Positions 47,252 to 55,494 of a DNA stretch of 64,000 nucleotides are shown one piece after another. Source of the stretch: Thermoanaerobaculia bacterium (GTDB taxonomy: Bacteria; Acidobacteriota; Thermoanaerobaculia; Gp7-AA8); assembly GCA_963719365.1 (NCBI GenBank), contig OY970380.1, positions 1,038,903-1,102,902 of the forward strand, written 5' to 3'. The position numbers and the translations under genes are program-made. Every line of letters starts with the position of its first letter. Position 1 is the first letter of the stretch. The notes under the pieces are model-generated. The model made no database searches. It was not told the origin of the DNA and was given only the letters and a program-made list of their open reading frames with translations.

Positions 47252-47566
47252 CTACTTCCTCGTCCAGCGATCGGCGTCGCGCGTTCGATACTTCGTCATG
47301 GCTGCCGCGAATGCGTCATCGAGATTGATGCCGAGAGAATTTGCGAGGCAGACGGCGACGAAGATCAGATCGCACAACTCGTCGGCCACCTCGCCTGCCG
47401 GCTCGCCGCTCTTTGGCTTCTTGAATCCGGCCTGATGGCTCAGTGCGCGCGCCAGCTCGCCCAACTCCTCGGTCATCCGCGCCAGCATCGAGAGCGGCGG
47501 GAAGTAGCCTTCCTTGAATTGCGAGATGTAGTCGTCGACTTCTTTCTGGACCGGCGCGAAGCTCAT
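47252..47566 (-). CDS. MazG-like nucleotide pyrophosphohydrolase domain protein
   Basis: MTEELGELARA...EVADELCDLIFVAVCLANSLGINLDDAF matches the MazG EExxE/D pattern. Confidence 0.75.
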   Translation of the reverse strand: MSFAPVQKEVDDYISQFKEGYFPPLSMLARMTEELGELARALSHQAGFKKPKSGEPAGEVADELCDLIFVAVCLANSLGINLDDAFAAAMTKYRTRDADRWTRK

Positions 47567-47582
47567 GGACGAAGTCTACCGG

Positions 47583-47945
47583 TCACTTTGCCTTCGCGGT
47601 GACATTGAATGCGACGGTGACCGGCTTGCCGGAATAGTTGAGTGCCGGGCGGAACGTCCATTGCCGGAGCGCGATGAGAGCGGCGCGGTCGAACTCGGGA
47701 TCGAGACCGCGAAGAACGCGCGCCGCGCAGACGCGGCCAGTCGTATCGATGATCAGCTCGATGATGGCGATGCCGTGCAGGTGTTTTTTCTCCGCGACAG
47801 CCCGATACGGTTCGTCGACACGCGTCAGAAGCCGCGGCGCATCGCGGCAACATCCGACCAGACCAATCGGTCCCGCGGGACAGCCGGGCGGAGCGGCCGT
47901 CGAGGTAATGACAGCAAAGAGAAAGGCGGCGATCACCGATTGCAC
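47583..47945 (-). CDS. Secreted TonB C-terminal-like domain protein
   Basis: Signal peptide, then GIAIIELIIDTTGRVCAARVLRGLDPEFDRAALIALRQWTFRPALNYSGKPVTVAF is the TonB_C fold pattern. Confidence 0.6.
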   Translation of the reverse strand: MQSVIAAFLFAVITSTAAPPGCPAGPIGLVGCCRDAPRLLTRVDEPYRAVAEKKHLHGIAIIELIIDTTGRVCAARVLRGLDPEFDRAALIALRQWTFRPALNYSGKPVTVAFNVTAKAK

Positions 47946-48517
47946 ATTGCGTAGGCCTCGCGGAACGTCGGGTTCTCGACGAGGTTGCGGTTGATCTCGA
48001 AGTAGCTGCTGACGACGTCGTTGGTCTGGAGCAGGCGCCGGCGCAGCTCGACGGCGATGGCGCGCCAGAATTTGCTCGCGGCGGTTGGATGCTCCTGAAG
48101 AAACTGCGCCAGGGACTGCATGGGCATCGACAGGATTTCCGTCTCCGACACCGCGCGCAAGGTGGCGGATGCCACTCCGTCCTCAATGATGGAAAGCTCT
48201 CCAAATGTCTGACCGGCAACGAGATCGCAGAGCGAGACTTCGCTGTCGCCTACGCGGCGCGACACGCGGATCCGCCCGCTGCGTAGCACGTGCAGCGCGC
48301 GATTGGCATTCCCTTCTTCGAGGATTGCGTCCCCCTCGGCGAACCGGCTCATGACCATCGACCGGCCGACGGCAGCCAATTCTTCGTCGTCAAATTCGAG
48401 AAACAACATCACGCTTCGAATAAAAGTTGACTCTTCCACGAAATCTCCCGCCGATTCTGGGTATAATGCGGCCACAATTAAATAGCTTAATAGCCGGACC
48501 GGATTGCTGAACCGCAA
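47933..48517 (-). CDS. Cyclic-nucleotide-binding domain protein
   Basis: FAEGDAILEEGNANRALHVLRSGRIRVSR...AGQTFGELSIIEDGVASATLRAVSETEI matches the cNMP-binding beta-roll. Confidence 0.75.
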   Translation of the reverse strand: MRFSNPVRLLSYLIVAALYPESAGDFVEESTFIRSVMLFLEFDDEELAAVGRSMVMSRFAEGDAILEEGNANRALHVLRSGRIRVSRRVGDSEVSLCDLVAGQTFGELSIIEDGVASATLRAVSETEILSMPMQSLAQFLQEHPTAASKFWRAIAVELRRRLLQTNDVVSSYFEINRNLVENPTFREAYAMCNR

Positions 48518-48558
48518 GGGTACAGCGGCTCGCCCGGCGCTTCAACGAGGAGGCCCCG

Positions 48559-48936
48559 ATGGATGGGCTTTTGCGCAGCTTGATCAAAACCGTTCGCCGC
48601 CGCATGAAAGCAGACGAAGAGCTCACGGTGGAAGCCGTGACGAAGGAGCTCGGCTACACGAGGCAATATGTCTCCGGCCGCTTCCACCGCATCACCGGCC
48701 GCTTGCTCAGCCACTTCCTGAAAGAGAAGCGGCTGGAGAAAGCGGCCCGGCTGCTGAAGGGCGGAAACATGCGCGTGTCGCAGATCGCCCGCCGCTGCGG
48801 CTTCGATTCGGAGAACTATTTCCGCCAGCAGTTCCGCGAGCGCTTCGGCATGTCGCCGCGCCAGTTCCGCGCCAATGGCACGCTGCGCGCGCTATCCGAC
48901 CGGCCGCTGGTGCAGGCGCAGTCGCAGATGGCGTAG
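48559..48936 (+). CDS. AraC-family HTH domain protein
   Basis: MRVSQIARRCGFDSENYFRQQFRERFGMSPRQFR is the AraC-type second HTH. Confidence 0.75.
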   Translation: MDGLLRSLIKTVRRRMKADEELTVEAVTKELGYTRQYVSGRFHRITGRLLSHFLKEKRLEKAARLLKGGNMRVSQIARRCGFDSENYFRQQFRERFGMSPRQFRANGTLRALSDRPLVQAQSQMA

Positions 48937-49010
48937 ATGGGCGATTTGGTACCATGTGCACGGGCTGACGTGACGAATGGTCGCCTGCTCATCTCTCAGC
49001 GCTGCGCCCG

Positions 49011-50459
49011 CTACATCGCCGCCGCTTCGGCCAGCCTCGCTGCGCTTTCATCATGCGCGCGCATGAACGACGCGGGATCGCTGAGGACGGAGCCCATGCG
49101 CATTCCTTTGCGGATCGCGGTCAGCGTCACGCGACGTGTCGCGATTGCGGCCAGCAGGCCGAGGTTGGTTTTTAGTTTGCCTTCGATCTGGTAGCGGACG
49201 TCCATGGCGTGTTGCCAGAGGCCGGCGTATTCGCGGTAGAACTCTTCGAGCGGGAGTTTCGTCGGGAGAACGGTGTGGGCGATGTCGTATAGCTCCCAAT
49301 CGCGGGTGTTTACCTGGCCTTCGACTTCGTCCCAGAGGTCCGTTCCGGGGAGCGGAGTGAGGACCGAGAAGCCGGAGTTGTAGGCGCCGGTGGCGTCGAT
49401 CCAGCGTTTCAGTTTCTCGAAGTCGGCCTTCTCCCAGGTCGGGTCGATGATGAAGTTTGGCGTGTAGCCGACGCCGAGGTCCTGGAGGATTTTGATGGCG
49501 CGGTTGTTGTGGTCCGCCGTGTTCCGTTTGTTGACCGACTTGAGGCCGGCGTCGTCGATTTTCTCGAGGCCGAGGAAGACGGTCATACGGCCGCAGCCCT
49601 TCCATTGCTCGATGAGTTGCGGGAACTTGCAGATGATGTCGCTGCGGGTCTGGATCGTGTAGTGCTTCTTGATTCCGGACGCGATCAGCGCCTGGCCGAG
49701 CTCGCGGCCGCGCTTCACGTTCATCCAGAAGATGTCGTCGGTGATGAAGATGTTCGGCGCCTCGATCTGCTCGATCTCCTTGACGACGCGCGCCGGCGAT
49801 TTCTCGCGGAACGTGCTCTCGTGAAACTTCCAGACCGAGCAGAAGTTGCATTTGAAGGGACAGCCGCGCGCCGTCTCGAGCAGCGCGAGTGGACGGCGGA
49901 AGTTGATGTAGTACTCCGAGGCATACTCTTTGATGAGATGGCGCGCGGGAAACGGCAGCTCGTCGATGTTGGGACGGGCCGGCGCCGCGGCGGTGCGGAT
50001 CGGTCCGGACGGCGCGTTGATGAGCAGGCCGGGGACGTTTTTCAGATCCTTATTCTTCTGCCACGCGGCGACGAGTGGCGTCATGACTTCCTCGCCGTCG
50101 CCGACGACGACGACATCGATCGACGGCTTCACGAACCAGTTCGGATCGCGCGACGCGTCGTGCCCTCCGAGTACGATCAGCGCCTCGGGTACTTCTGCCC
50201 GGACCATCTTCGCCAGACGCAGCGCGCGAAACCGCTCCGTAGTGAAGTTGCACTGCAACCCGACGATCTCAGGCCCGAAGGCCTTCATCTTGGCGAGGCC
50301 TTTCTCGATTCCGTCAATCCTCATGTCCACGATCTGGCACGTATGCCCCTCGGCTTCGAGGCCGCCGGCGATGCATTCGAGCCCCAGCGGCTCGACGAAC
50401 GTGATCATCTCCAGGCCGATGATTCCGCCGATGGGTGCTTTCAGAAATGAGACCTTCAT
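49011..50459 (-). CDS. B12-binding domain radical SAM protein
   Basis: N-terminal cobalamin-binding fold, radical SAM CxxxCxxC (ARGCPFKCNFCSV). Confidence 0.85.
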   Translation of the reverse strand: MKVSFLKAPIGGIIGLEMITFVEPLGLECIAGGLEAEGHTCQIVDMRIDGIEKGLAKMKAFGPEIVGLQCNFTTERFRALRLAKMVRAEVPEALIVLGGHDASRDPNWFVKPSIDVVVVGDGEEVMTPLVAAWQKNKDLKNVPGLLINAPSGPIRTAAAPARPNIDELPFPARHLIKEYASEYYINFRRPLALLETARGCPFKCNFCSVWKFHESTFREKSPARVVKEIEQIEAPNIFITDDIFWMNVKRGRELGQALIASGIKKHYTIQTRSDIICKFPQLIEQWKGCGRMTVFLGLEKIDDAGLKSVNKRNTADHNNRAIKILQDLGVGYTPNFIIDPTWEKADFEKLKRWIDATGAYNSGFSVLTPLPGTDLWDEVEGQVNTRDWELYDIAHTVLPTKLPLEEFYREYAGLWQHAMDVRYQIEGKLKTNLGLLAAIATRRVTLTAIRKGMRMGSVLSDPASFMRAHDESAARLAEAAAM

Positions 50460-50564
50460 GGCTTGATCTTCACGTAAGCGTGCGTTTGAGTCAATCCAGT
50501 GGCGGACTCAAGCTACAATTTCATCTCCCACCCCGGACAACCGAATCAACTGAGGAGAAGAACC

Positions 50565-51164
50565 ATGCGTTGCAGAATCCTGGCCGCCACTGTTCTAATC
50601 ACATTCACCGCCGCCCTCGCCGTTGCCGCTGATGACCCGAAAGCGAAAGCCGCCCAACAACAGGCGGCGATGGAAGCGATGATGAAAGCCGCCACACCGG
50701 GCGACGCGCACAAGAAGCTCGGCGCGATGGTGGGCACGTTTAACACCGACGTAAAGATGTGGATGGATCCGGCTGCTCCTCCCACCGGCGGAACCGGCGT
50801 GTCGGAAAATACGTGGGCGCTCGACGGCCGCTTTGTCGAGCAGCGCTTCAACGGCACGTTCATGGGCATGCCCTTCCACGGCATCGGCTACACCGGCTAC
50901 GACAACATCAAGAAGCACTACATCGGCTCGTGGATGGACAACATGACGACGTCGATGATGGTGTCGGAAGGCACCCCCGATGCCAGCGGCAAGTCGATCA
51001 CGTTCATGTCAACGATGGACGATCCGATGACGGGCAAGTCGTCGCCGGTCAAAGAAACAGTGACCGTAGTCGACGGCGATCACCATACGCTCGAGATGTG
51101 GGGCCCCGGCCCGGACGGCAAGATGTTCAAGATGATGGAGATTGCGTACTCGCGGAAGAAGTAG
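50565..51164 (+). CDS. Secreted hypothetical protein (DUF1579-like, tentative)
   Basis: Signal peptide MRCRILAATVLITFTAALAVA; Met-rich mature part. Start at ATG 50565. Confidence 0.5.
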   Translation: MRCRILAATVLITFTAALAVAADDPKAKAAQQQAAMEAMMKAATPGDAHKKLGAMVGTFNTDVKMWMDPAAPPTGGTGVSENTWALDGRFVEQRFNGTFMGMPFHGIGYTGYDNIKKHYIGSWMDNMTTSMMVSEGTPDASGKSITFMSTMDDPMTGKSSPVKETVTVVDGDHHTLEMWGPGPDGKMFKMMEIAYSRKK

Positions 51165-51222
51165 TTTCTTTTTCGCGGAGCGTCGAAGATTGACGGCGCT
51201 CCGTCCTTCTCAGCGCCTCGGC

Positions 51223-51648
51223 TCAGGAAACGGCACGCGGTCCCACGCCAGCACTCGTGATTCTTTGAACGCCTGGATATCGGTCTAATCCCCGATCGAA
51301 TGAGAGGATGCGCTCGACACCGTGCTTCTCCATCACAGCAAGGTGAATGGCATCCCTTGCGGAGAAGCGGTATTTCCCTAACAGCACCGTCTTGGCACGC
51401 TGTACGTTTTCGATCTCGATCGGGAAGACCTCGTCGACCAGCGCGAGAAGAGCATCGAACGCCGGCTGGATCGCATCGAGCCTGCCGATCGCTGCGTATC
51501 GATGGAGGATTTCCTGAAGCACCTCTGCGTCGCTCACCAACTTCTCTCGCCGGTTGACCAGCGCGGCAACGGCTTGCTCGGCGGCGACCTTGTTGGGATG
51601 TGGAGATCCCACCAAGTACATCGGAATATTCGAGTCGACGAAGATCAC
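51223..51648 (-). CDS. vapC: PIN-domain toxin VapC
   Basis: MIFVDSNIPMY...DAIHLAVMEKHGVERILSFD: conserved acidic residues of the PIN domain. Confidence 0.85.
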   Translation of the reverse strand: MIFVDSNIPMYLVGSPHPNKVAAEQAVAALVNRREKLVSDAEVLQEILHRYAAIGRLDAIQPAFDALLALVDEVFPIEIENVQRAKTVLLGKYRFSARDAIHLAVMEKHGVERILSFDRGLDRYPGVQRITSAGVGPRAVS

Positions 51649-51899
51649 TCTGCCTCGTCGGCGTAGCCTCTCTCAATCTGGGCGAGCATTTCCTCGATGT
51701 CCGCAGTTGGAAACGAATGGGAGGTTGCTACGCGAAGAGCGTGTAGTTTTCGCTGTGGATCCGTCGCCGGCTCCTCGGCCTTTGCCGCTCGAAGCGCGCC
51801 TCGCACCCACGCAGCGACCGTCATCCGCCTGCGCCGGGCAATCGTACGAATCTCCTTCATCTCACTATCGTCGAGTATGACTTGAAGGCGCTTACTCAT
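51645..51899 (-). CDS. vapB: VapB-type antitoxin (ribbon-helix-helix-like)
   Basis: MSKRLQVILDDSEMKEIRTIARRRRMTVAAWVR..; ATGA overlap with vapC. Start set at ATG 51899. Confidence 0.7.
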   Translation of the reverse strand: MSKRLQVILDDSEMKEIRTIARRRRMTVAAWVRGALRAAKAEEPATDPQRKLHALRVATSHSFPTADIEEMLAQIERGYADEAE

Positions 51900-51985
51900 G
51901 ATGATGAGTATAACGGATACTTGATATGAGGTAGTCCAGAGTCCAGCACCACGGCGGTAGGTCGCTGTGGCCGTGCGACTTCCCC

Positions 51986-53212
51986 TCACTCCACCACCAC
52001 CTCGTTACTCGCGTTCCAGTTCACGCGTGCGGTCATCTGCATCACCAGGAAGAGCGAGAGGATTGCGCCGATTGTGACCGTGAGGCCTGTGAAGCCCTCG
52101 AAGAAAAACGCGTACGAGAAGCCGACGAGGTAGACGAGTTGCGCCAGGGCGGCTTCGACGAACGCGAAGCGCGGACCGGCGACGATGCGAAGGTAGCTGA
52201 TGACGAGAAAGAGCGACACCGCGGAGCAGATGACAAAGGCCAGATGAATGGAGACGTGGTCCGCGAGGTAGGCAAGCAAGAGATGAAAGGCGAAGAATGA
52301 TGTCGCCAGGAAAAAGTAGTGCATCGGGTGCAAGGCGATGTGCCGGATGTTGGCGATCATGAAGATCAGGAAGAAGAAAAAGAGCAGCGAGACGGGAGCG
52401 AAGAAGCTGATGCGGCTCGCCAGCGGTCCGGGCTGAAGCTTTTCGGGCATGATCATTCCGATGCCGGAGCCGGTCACGAGGCTCGTGTACTTCCATGTCA
52501 GCAGCCAGCCGCGTGCGGTTTCCTTCTTCTCGGTTGGCGAGAGAGTGCCGGCCGGAAAATCAATCGCCCGGAAGTTCGTGGTCATGTTGACGACGACGTC
52601 GTGAACCTGCGTGACGTTCTCGCCGAAGCTGTAGTTCCACGTTGCCAGTCCCTGCGAGCGATAGCCGACGTCGAGCCGGATCAGCGAACCGGATGCGTGA
52701 GGAACCGTCGCGCTGACCGCGCCTCCGGCCATCGTTACGATCACGGGTTTGCCATCGACGAGAAAAACAAGGTCGTCGTAGATCGCATCAGGAGCCGGAA
52801 ACTGGAGCTTCAGCGTGACCTGATCACCCGGACTCGTGTTGCGAAAGACGTAGCTCCCGTGAAAAGCAACGCGGTATGTCGCGAACCAGAGTAATCCCTT
52901 CTGCCGCTGCTCAAGATCGAGATTCACTGCGGCACGCGTCTGCTCCAGCGGCAAGTTGTCGATGACCGTTTCGTTCACCGCCTTCGTCACGGTGACGCCA
53001 TTCGTTTTCTCTTCCGTGATGCGAGGTACAACGTGCGTTGCGGTTGCCGCCGGCGGCGTCTGCGTCTGCGGCTTTCCCCAACTCGACCCGACGCGGTCGC
53101 TGAGGCTCGATCCGGCCGAATCGGTGCGGGCGACGATGCTTCCGCCGAGGAAGGTCCATGCCGCGGTGGTGCAAAGAAGGATGGCGATGATTGCGAGGAC
53201 ATTTCGTGTCAT
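51986..53212 (-). CDS. CreD-like inner-membrane protein (tentative)
   Basis: N-terminal TM, large periplasmic domain, C-terminal cluster of 5 hydrophobic helices; 408 aa. Confidence 0.5.
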   Translation of the reverse strand: MTRNVLAIIAILLCTTAAWTFLGGSIVARTDSAGSSLSDRVGSSWGKPQTQTPPAATATHVVPRITEEKTNGVTVTKAVNETVIDNLPLEQTRAAVNLDLEQRQKGLLWFATYRVAFHGSYVFRNTSPGDQVTLKLQFPAPDAIYDDLVFLVDGKPVIVTMAGGAVSATVPHASGSLIRLDVGYRSQGLATWNYSFGENVTQVHDVVVNMTTNFRAIDFPAGTLSPTEKKETARGWLLTWKYTSLVTGSGIGMIMPEKLQPGPLASRISFFAPVSLLFFFFLIFMIANIRHIALHPMHYFFLATSFFAFHLLLAYLADHVSIHLAFVICSAVSLFLVISYLRIVAGPRFAFVEAALAQLVYLVGFSYAFFFEGFTGLTVTIGAILSLFLVMQMTARVNWNASNEVVVE

Positions 53213-53333
53213 GACATGGTCTCCCTTTCATTTCTGAAGGGAGGCTACGAAGGGAATCAGGCTTCGCAGTGACGCAATCAAGGCAAAGTGATGGCAACGG
53301 CTTTTTTCACTGCCGTGTCCGCTGACGAAACAC

Positions 53334-53362
53334 CTTCCATACCGCGCGGTATTGACAAACCA
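53334..53362 (+). promoter_or_regulatory. Sigma70-like promoter candidate (TTGACA-17-TATTTT) followed by a 5' UTR hairpin
   Basis: ttgacaaaccagtagcttcgatctatttt; hairpin ccgtac-cgacta-gtacgg at 53364-53383; GGAGG RBS before ATG 53419. Confidence 0.3.
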
Positions 53363-53418
53363 GTAGCTTCGATCTATTTTCCGTACCGACTAGTACGGAA
53401 CAACGATTGGAGGCCTTC

Positions 53419-54267
53419 ATGTCACGCCGCATTCTCTTTGCCGCACTCCTCGGAATGGTCTTGTTGCTTGGATGCAGCTTCGCGCGTCAGGTGCACCGGC
53501 GCAGCAATCTGATGTCGTATCTCTACCCGAAAGCGACGGAGGCGCCACTGCCTTCGGTACAGGGAGTGAGGCTGCGGCTGCCGCTGCGGGTGGGGATTGC
53601 GTTTGTGCCTTCCGAGGGGGCGTCGTATGGGTCTTACGGAGGAGGGGCCGCAGGTTTGCCGGGGACGGTGGAGAAGAACCTGTTGAACGTCTTGCGCGAC
53701 GCATTCAAGTCGCGGGATTGGGTGAAGGAGGTCGTAGTCATTCCGTCGACCTACCTGACGCCGGGCGGCGGTTTCACGAATCTCGATCAGATCTCGCGGA
53801 TGTTCGGCGTCGATGTCATCGCGCTCGTCTCCGTCGATCAGTTCCAGTCGAGCGATCCCTATCCGATCTCGTTTCTCTATCTCTCGATCGTGGGAGCCTA
53901 TGTGCTGCCGCTCGATCACAACGATACGCGCACGCTGATCGACGCGGCGGTCTTTTATGTGCCGGCGCGGCGATTCCTGCTGCGTGCTCCCGGGCAGAGC
54001 CGGATCACCGGACACTCGACGGCGGTGGACGTCAATGAGTCGATGCGCGAGCGCTCGGTGAAGGGGCTGTCGATGGCGATGACCGATCTTTCCGTGAATC
54101 TCTCGAAGGAGATCGATGCGTTCAAACAGGACATCATCAGCGGCGAGCGCAATGACGTCGAGGTGATTAACAAGCAAGGAACTTCGATCCGTACGAGCGG
54201 AAGCATTGGCTGGTTGTGGGCGCTGTCGCTCCTGTTCCTTATGGCGATGCGGAGATGGTGGTCATGA
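53419..54267 (+). CDS. Lipoprotein with GlyGly-CTERM-like tail (rhombosortase target candidate)
   Basis: Lipobox LLLGCS; C-terminus SGSIGWLWALSLLFLMAMRRWWS (Gly-rich, TM, basic). Immediately upstream of a rhombosortase-like gene. Confidence 0.6.
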   Translation: MSRRILFAALLGMVLLLGCSFARQVHRRSNLMSYLYPKATEAPLPSVQGVRLRLPLRVGIAFVPSEGASYGSYGGGAAGLPGTVEKNLLNVLRDAFKSRDWVKEVVVIPSTYLTPGGGFTNLDQISRMFGVDVIALVSVDQFQSSDPYPISFLYLSIVGAYVLPLDHNDTRTLIDAAVFYVPARRFLLRAPGQSRITGHSTAVDVNESMRERSVKGLSMAMTDLSVNLSKEIDAFKQDIISGERNDVEVINKQGTSIRTSGSIGWLWALSLLFLMAMRRWWS

Positions 54268-54782
54268 ACGCGGAGCTGTTTGCGCTAACGCCGGCCGCGG
54301 CTCACGGTGAGGTTTGGCGGTTATGGACTGGGCACCTCATCCATTACGACTTCCGGCACTTCCTGACCAATGCAATCGCGATCGCGGTCCCGATATCGCT
54401 CATCGATCGCCGCAGCCGCCGTTCGATCCTGCTATCGATGTCATTTCTCGCGCCGGTGATCAGCCTCGCGCTGCTTATGGGCGCGCATTTCGATGAGTAC
54501 CGGGGCGCATCGGCGCTTGCGCTTGCCGTCTGGGTGGCATCGGCACTCACACTTGTGCGTGCGCAATCGGCGAGCGACCATCACACGGGCGCTGCCCTGA
54601 TCGTTATGGCAATCGGCAAGCTCGTCTTCGAAACGGCGGGGGCTGGCCATCTTTGGACGGAGGTTGCGCCACTGCCGCTCGCGCATGTCGCCGGCGCTAT
54701 CGCGGGCGTCATTGCATTCGTCAGCACCCAGCACCAAAAACTCTTGATCAAACCATCAATACCGCTCAGTATTGAGAAATGA
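54255..54782 (+). CDS. Rhombosortase-like rhomboid-family intramembrane serine protease
   Basis: EVWRLWTGHLIHYDFRH (rhombosortase WR..H motif), GASA serine region, AHxxGxxxG histidine helix (LAHVAGAIAGV). Confidence 0.65.
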   Translation: MVVMNAELFALTPAAAHGEVWRLWTGHLIHYDFRHFLTNAIAIAVPISLIDRRSRRSILLSMSFLAPVISLALLMGAHFDEYRGASALALAVWVASALTLVRAQSASDHHTGAALIVMAIGKLVFETAGAGHLWTEVAPLPLAHVAGAIAGVIAFVSTQHQKLLIKPSIPLSIEK

Positions 54783-55381
54783 CGAAGAAAGCGCACACGC
54801 GTCTCGGCGTTCCCACACGAACGGCAGAGGATTGGGAGGAAGCGGCACTCGATGCAATTGCAGCGCGCGGCGCCGCCGCCGTCTCGATTCCGGAGCTGGC
54901 GCGAACTCTGGACGTGACCAAGGGCAGCTTCTATTGGCATTTCGCCGGTCTTGACGATCTTGTGCGGCGCGCGGTGGCGCGGTGGGACAGACTCGATAGA
55001 GAAACGCTCGATCAGATCCGCGCGATCGAAGATCCGGCCGCGCGATTGCAAACTCTGTTTGCCGAGGCGATGGCGGCAAAGAGGGCGCAATCGCTGTATC
55101 TGGCGCTGGCTGTCTCACCGGCGCCATCTATCGCGACTGCATTACGCAAGGTCTCGAGCCGCCGATTGAAACTCCTCGCAGACACGTATCAGGAGCTTGG
55201 CATGACGGAGCTTGCCGCACAACAGCAGGCCCTGCTCGCGTACAGCGCGTACATCGGCGGCGTGCACTTGCGCAGTAATGACGCGCCCTGGCTTCGGGAC
55301 GCGCGGGACGTGAATGCGTATGTGGAGCACGCGTCGATGGCACTGATCGAGACCGCGAGGAAAACCAAAGCGAAGCGGTGA
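54779..55381 (+). CDS. TetR/AcrR family transcriptional regulator
   Basis: VSIPELARTLDVTKGSFYWHFAGLDDL is the TetR HTH. Confidence 0.8.
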   Translation: MTKKAHTRLGVPTRTAEDWEEAALDAIAARGAAAVSIPELARTLDVTKGSFYWHFAGLDDLVRRAVARWDRLDRETLDQIRAIEDPAARLQTLFAEAMAAKRAQSLYLALAVSPAPSIATALRKVSSRRLKLLADTYQELGMTELAAQQQALLAYSAYIGGVHLRSNDAPWLRDARDVNAYVEHASMALIETARKTKAKR

Positions 55382-55494
55382 CTCGGATCACCGCGAAAAT
55401 CTCACACCGCGGAGACGCTGAGGGAACAGAGCCTTTGCGCCCCTGTGGTGCTTGGTTCGTCTCCCCTATACTCCCGCACGACAGGAGACGTCCC

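Noticed and set aside
49051-50450. 266-aa (-) and 313-aa (+) ORFs
   Set aside because: Alternative frame / antisense of the radical SAM gene; Arg-rich, no motifs.
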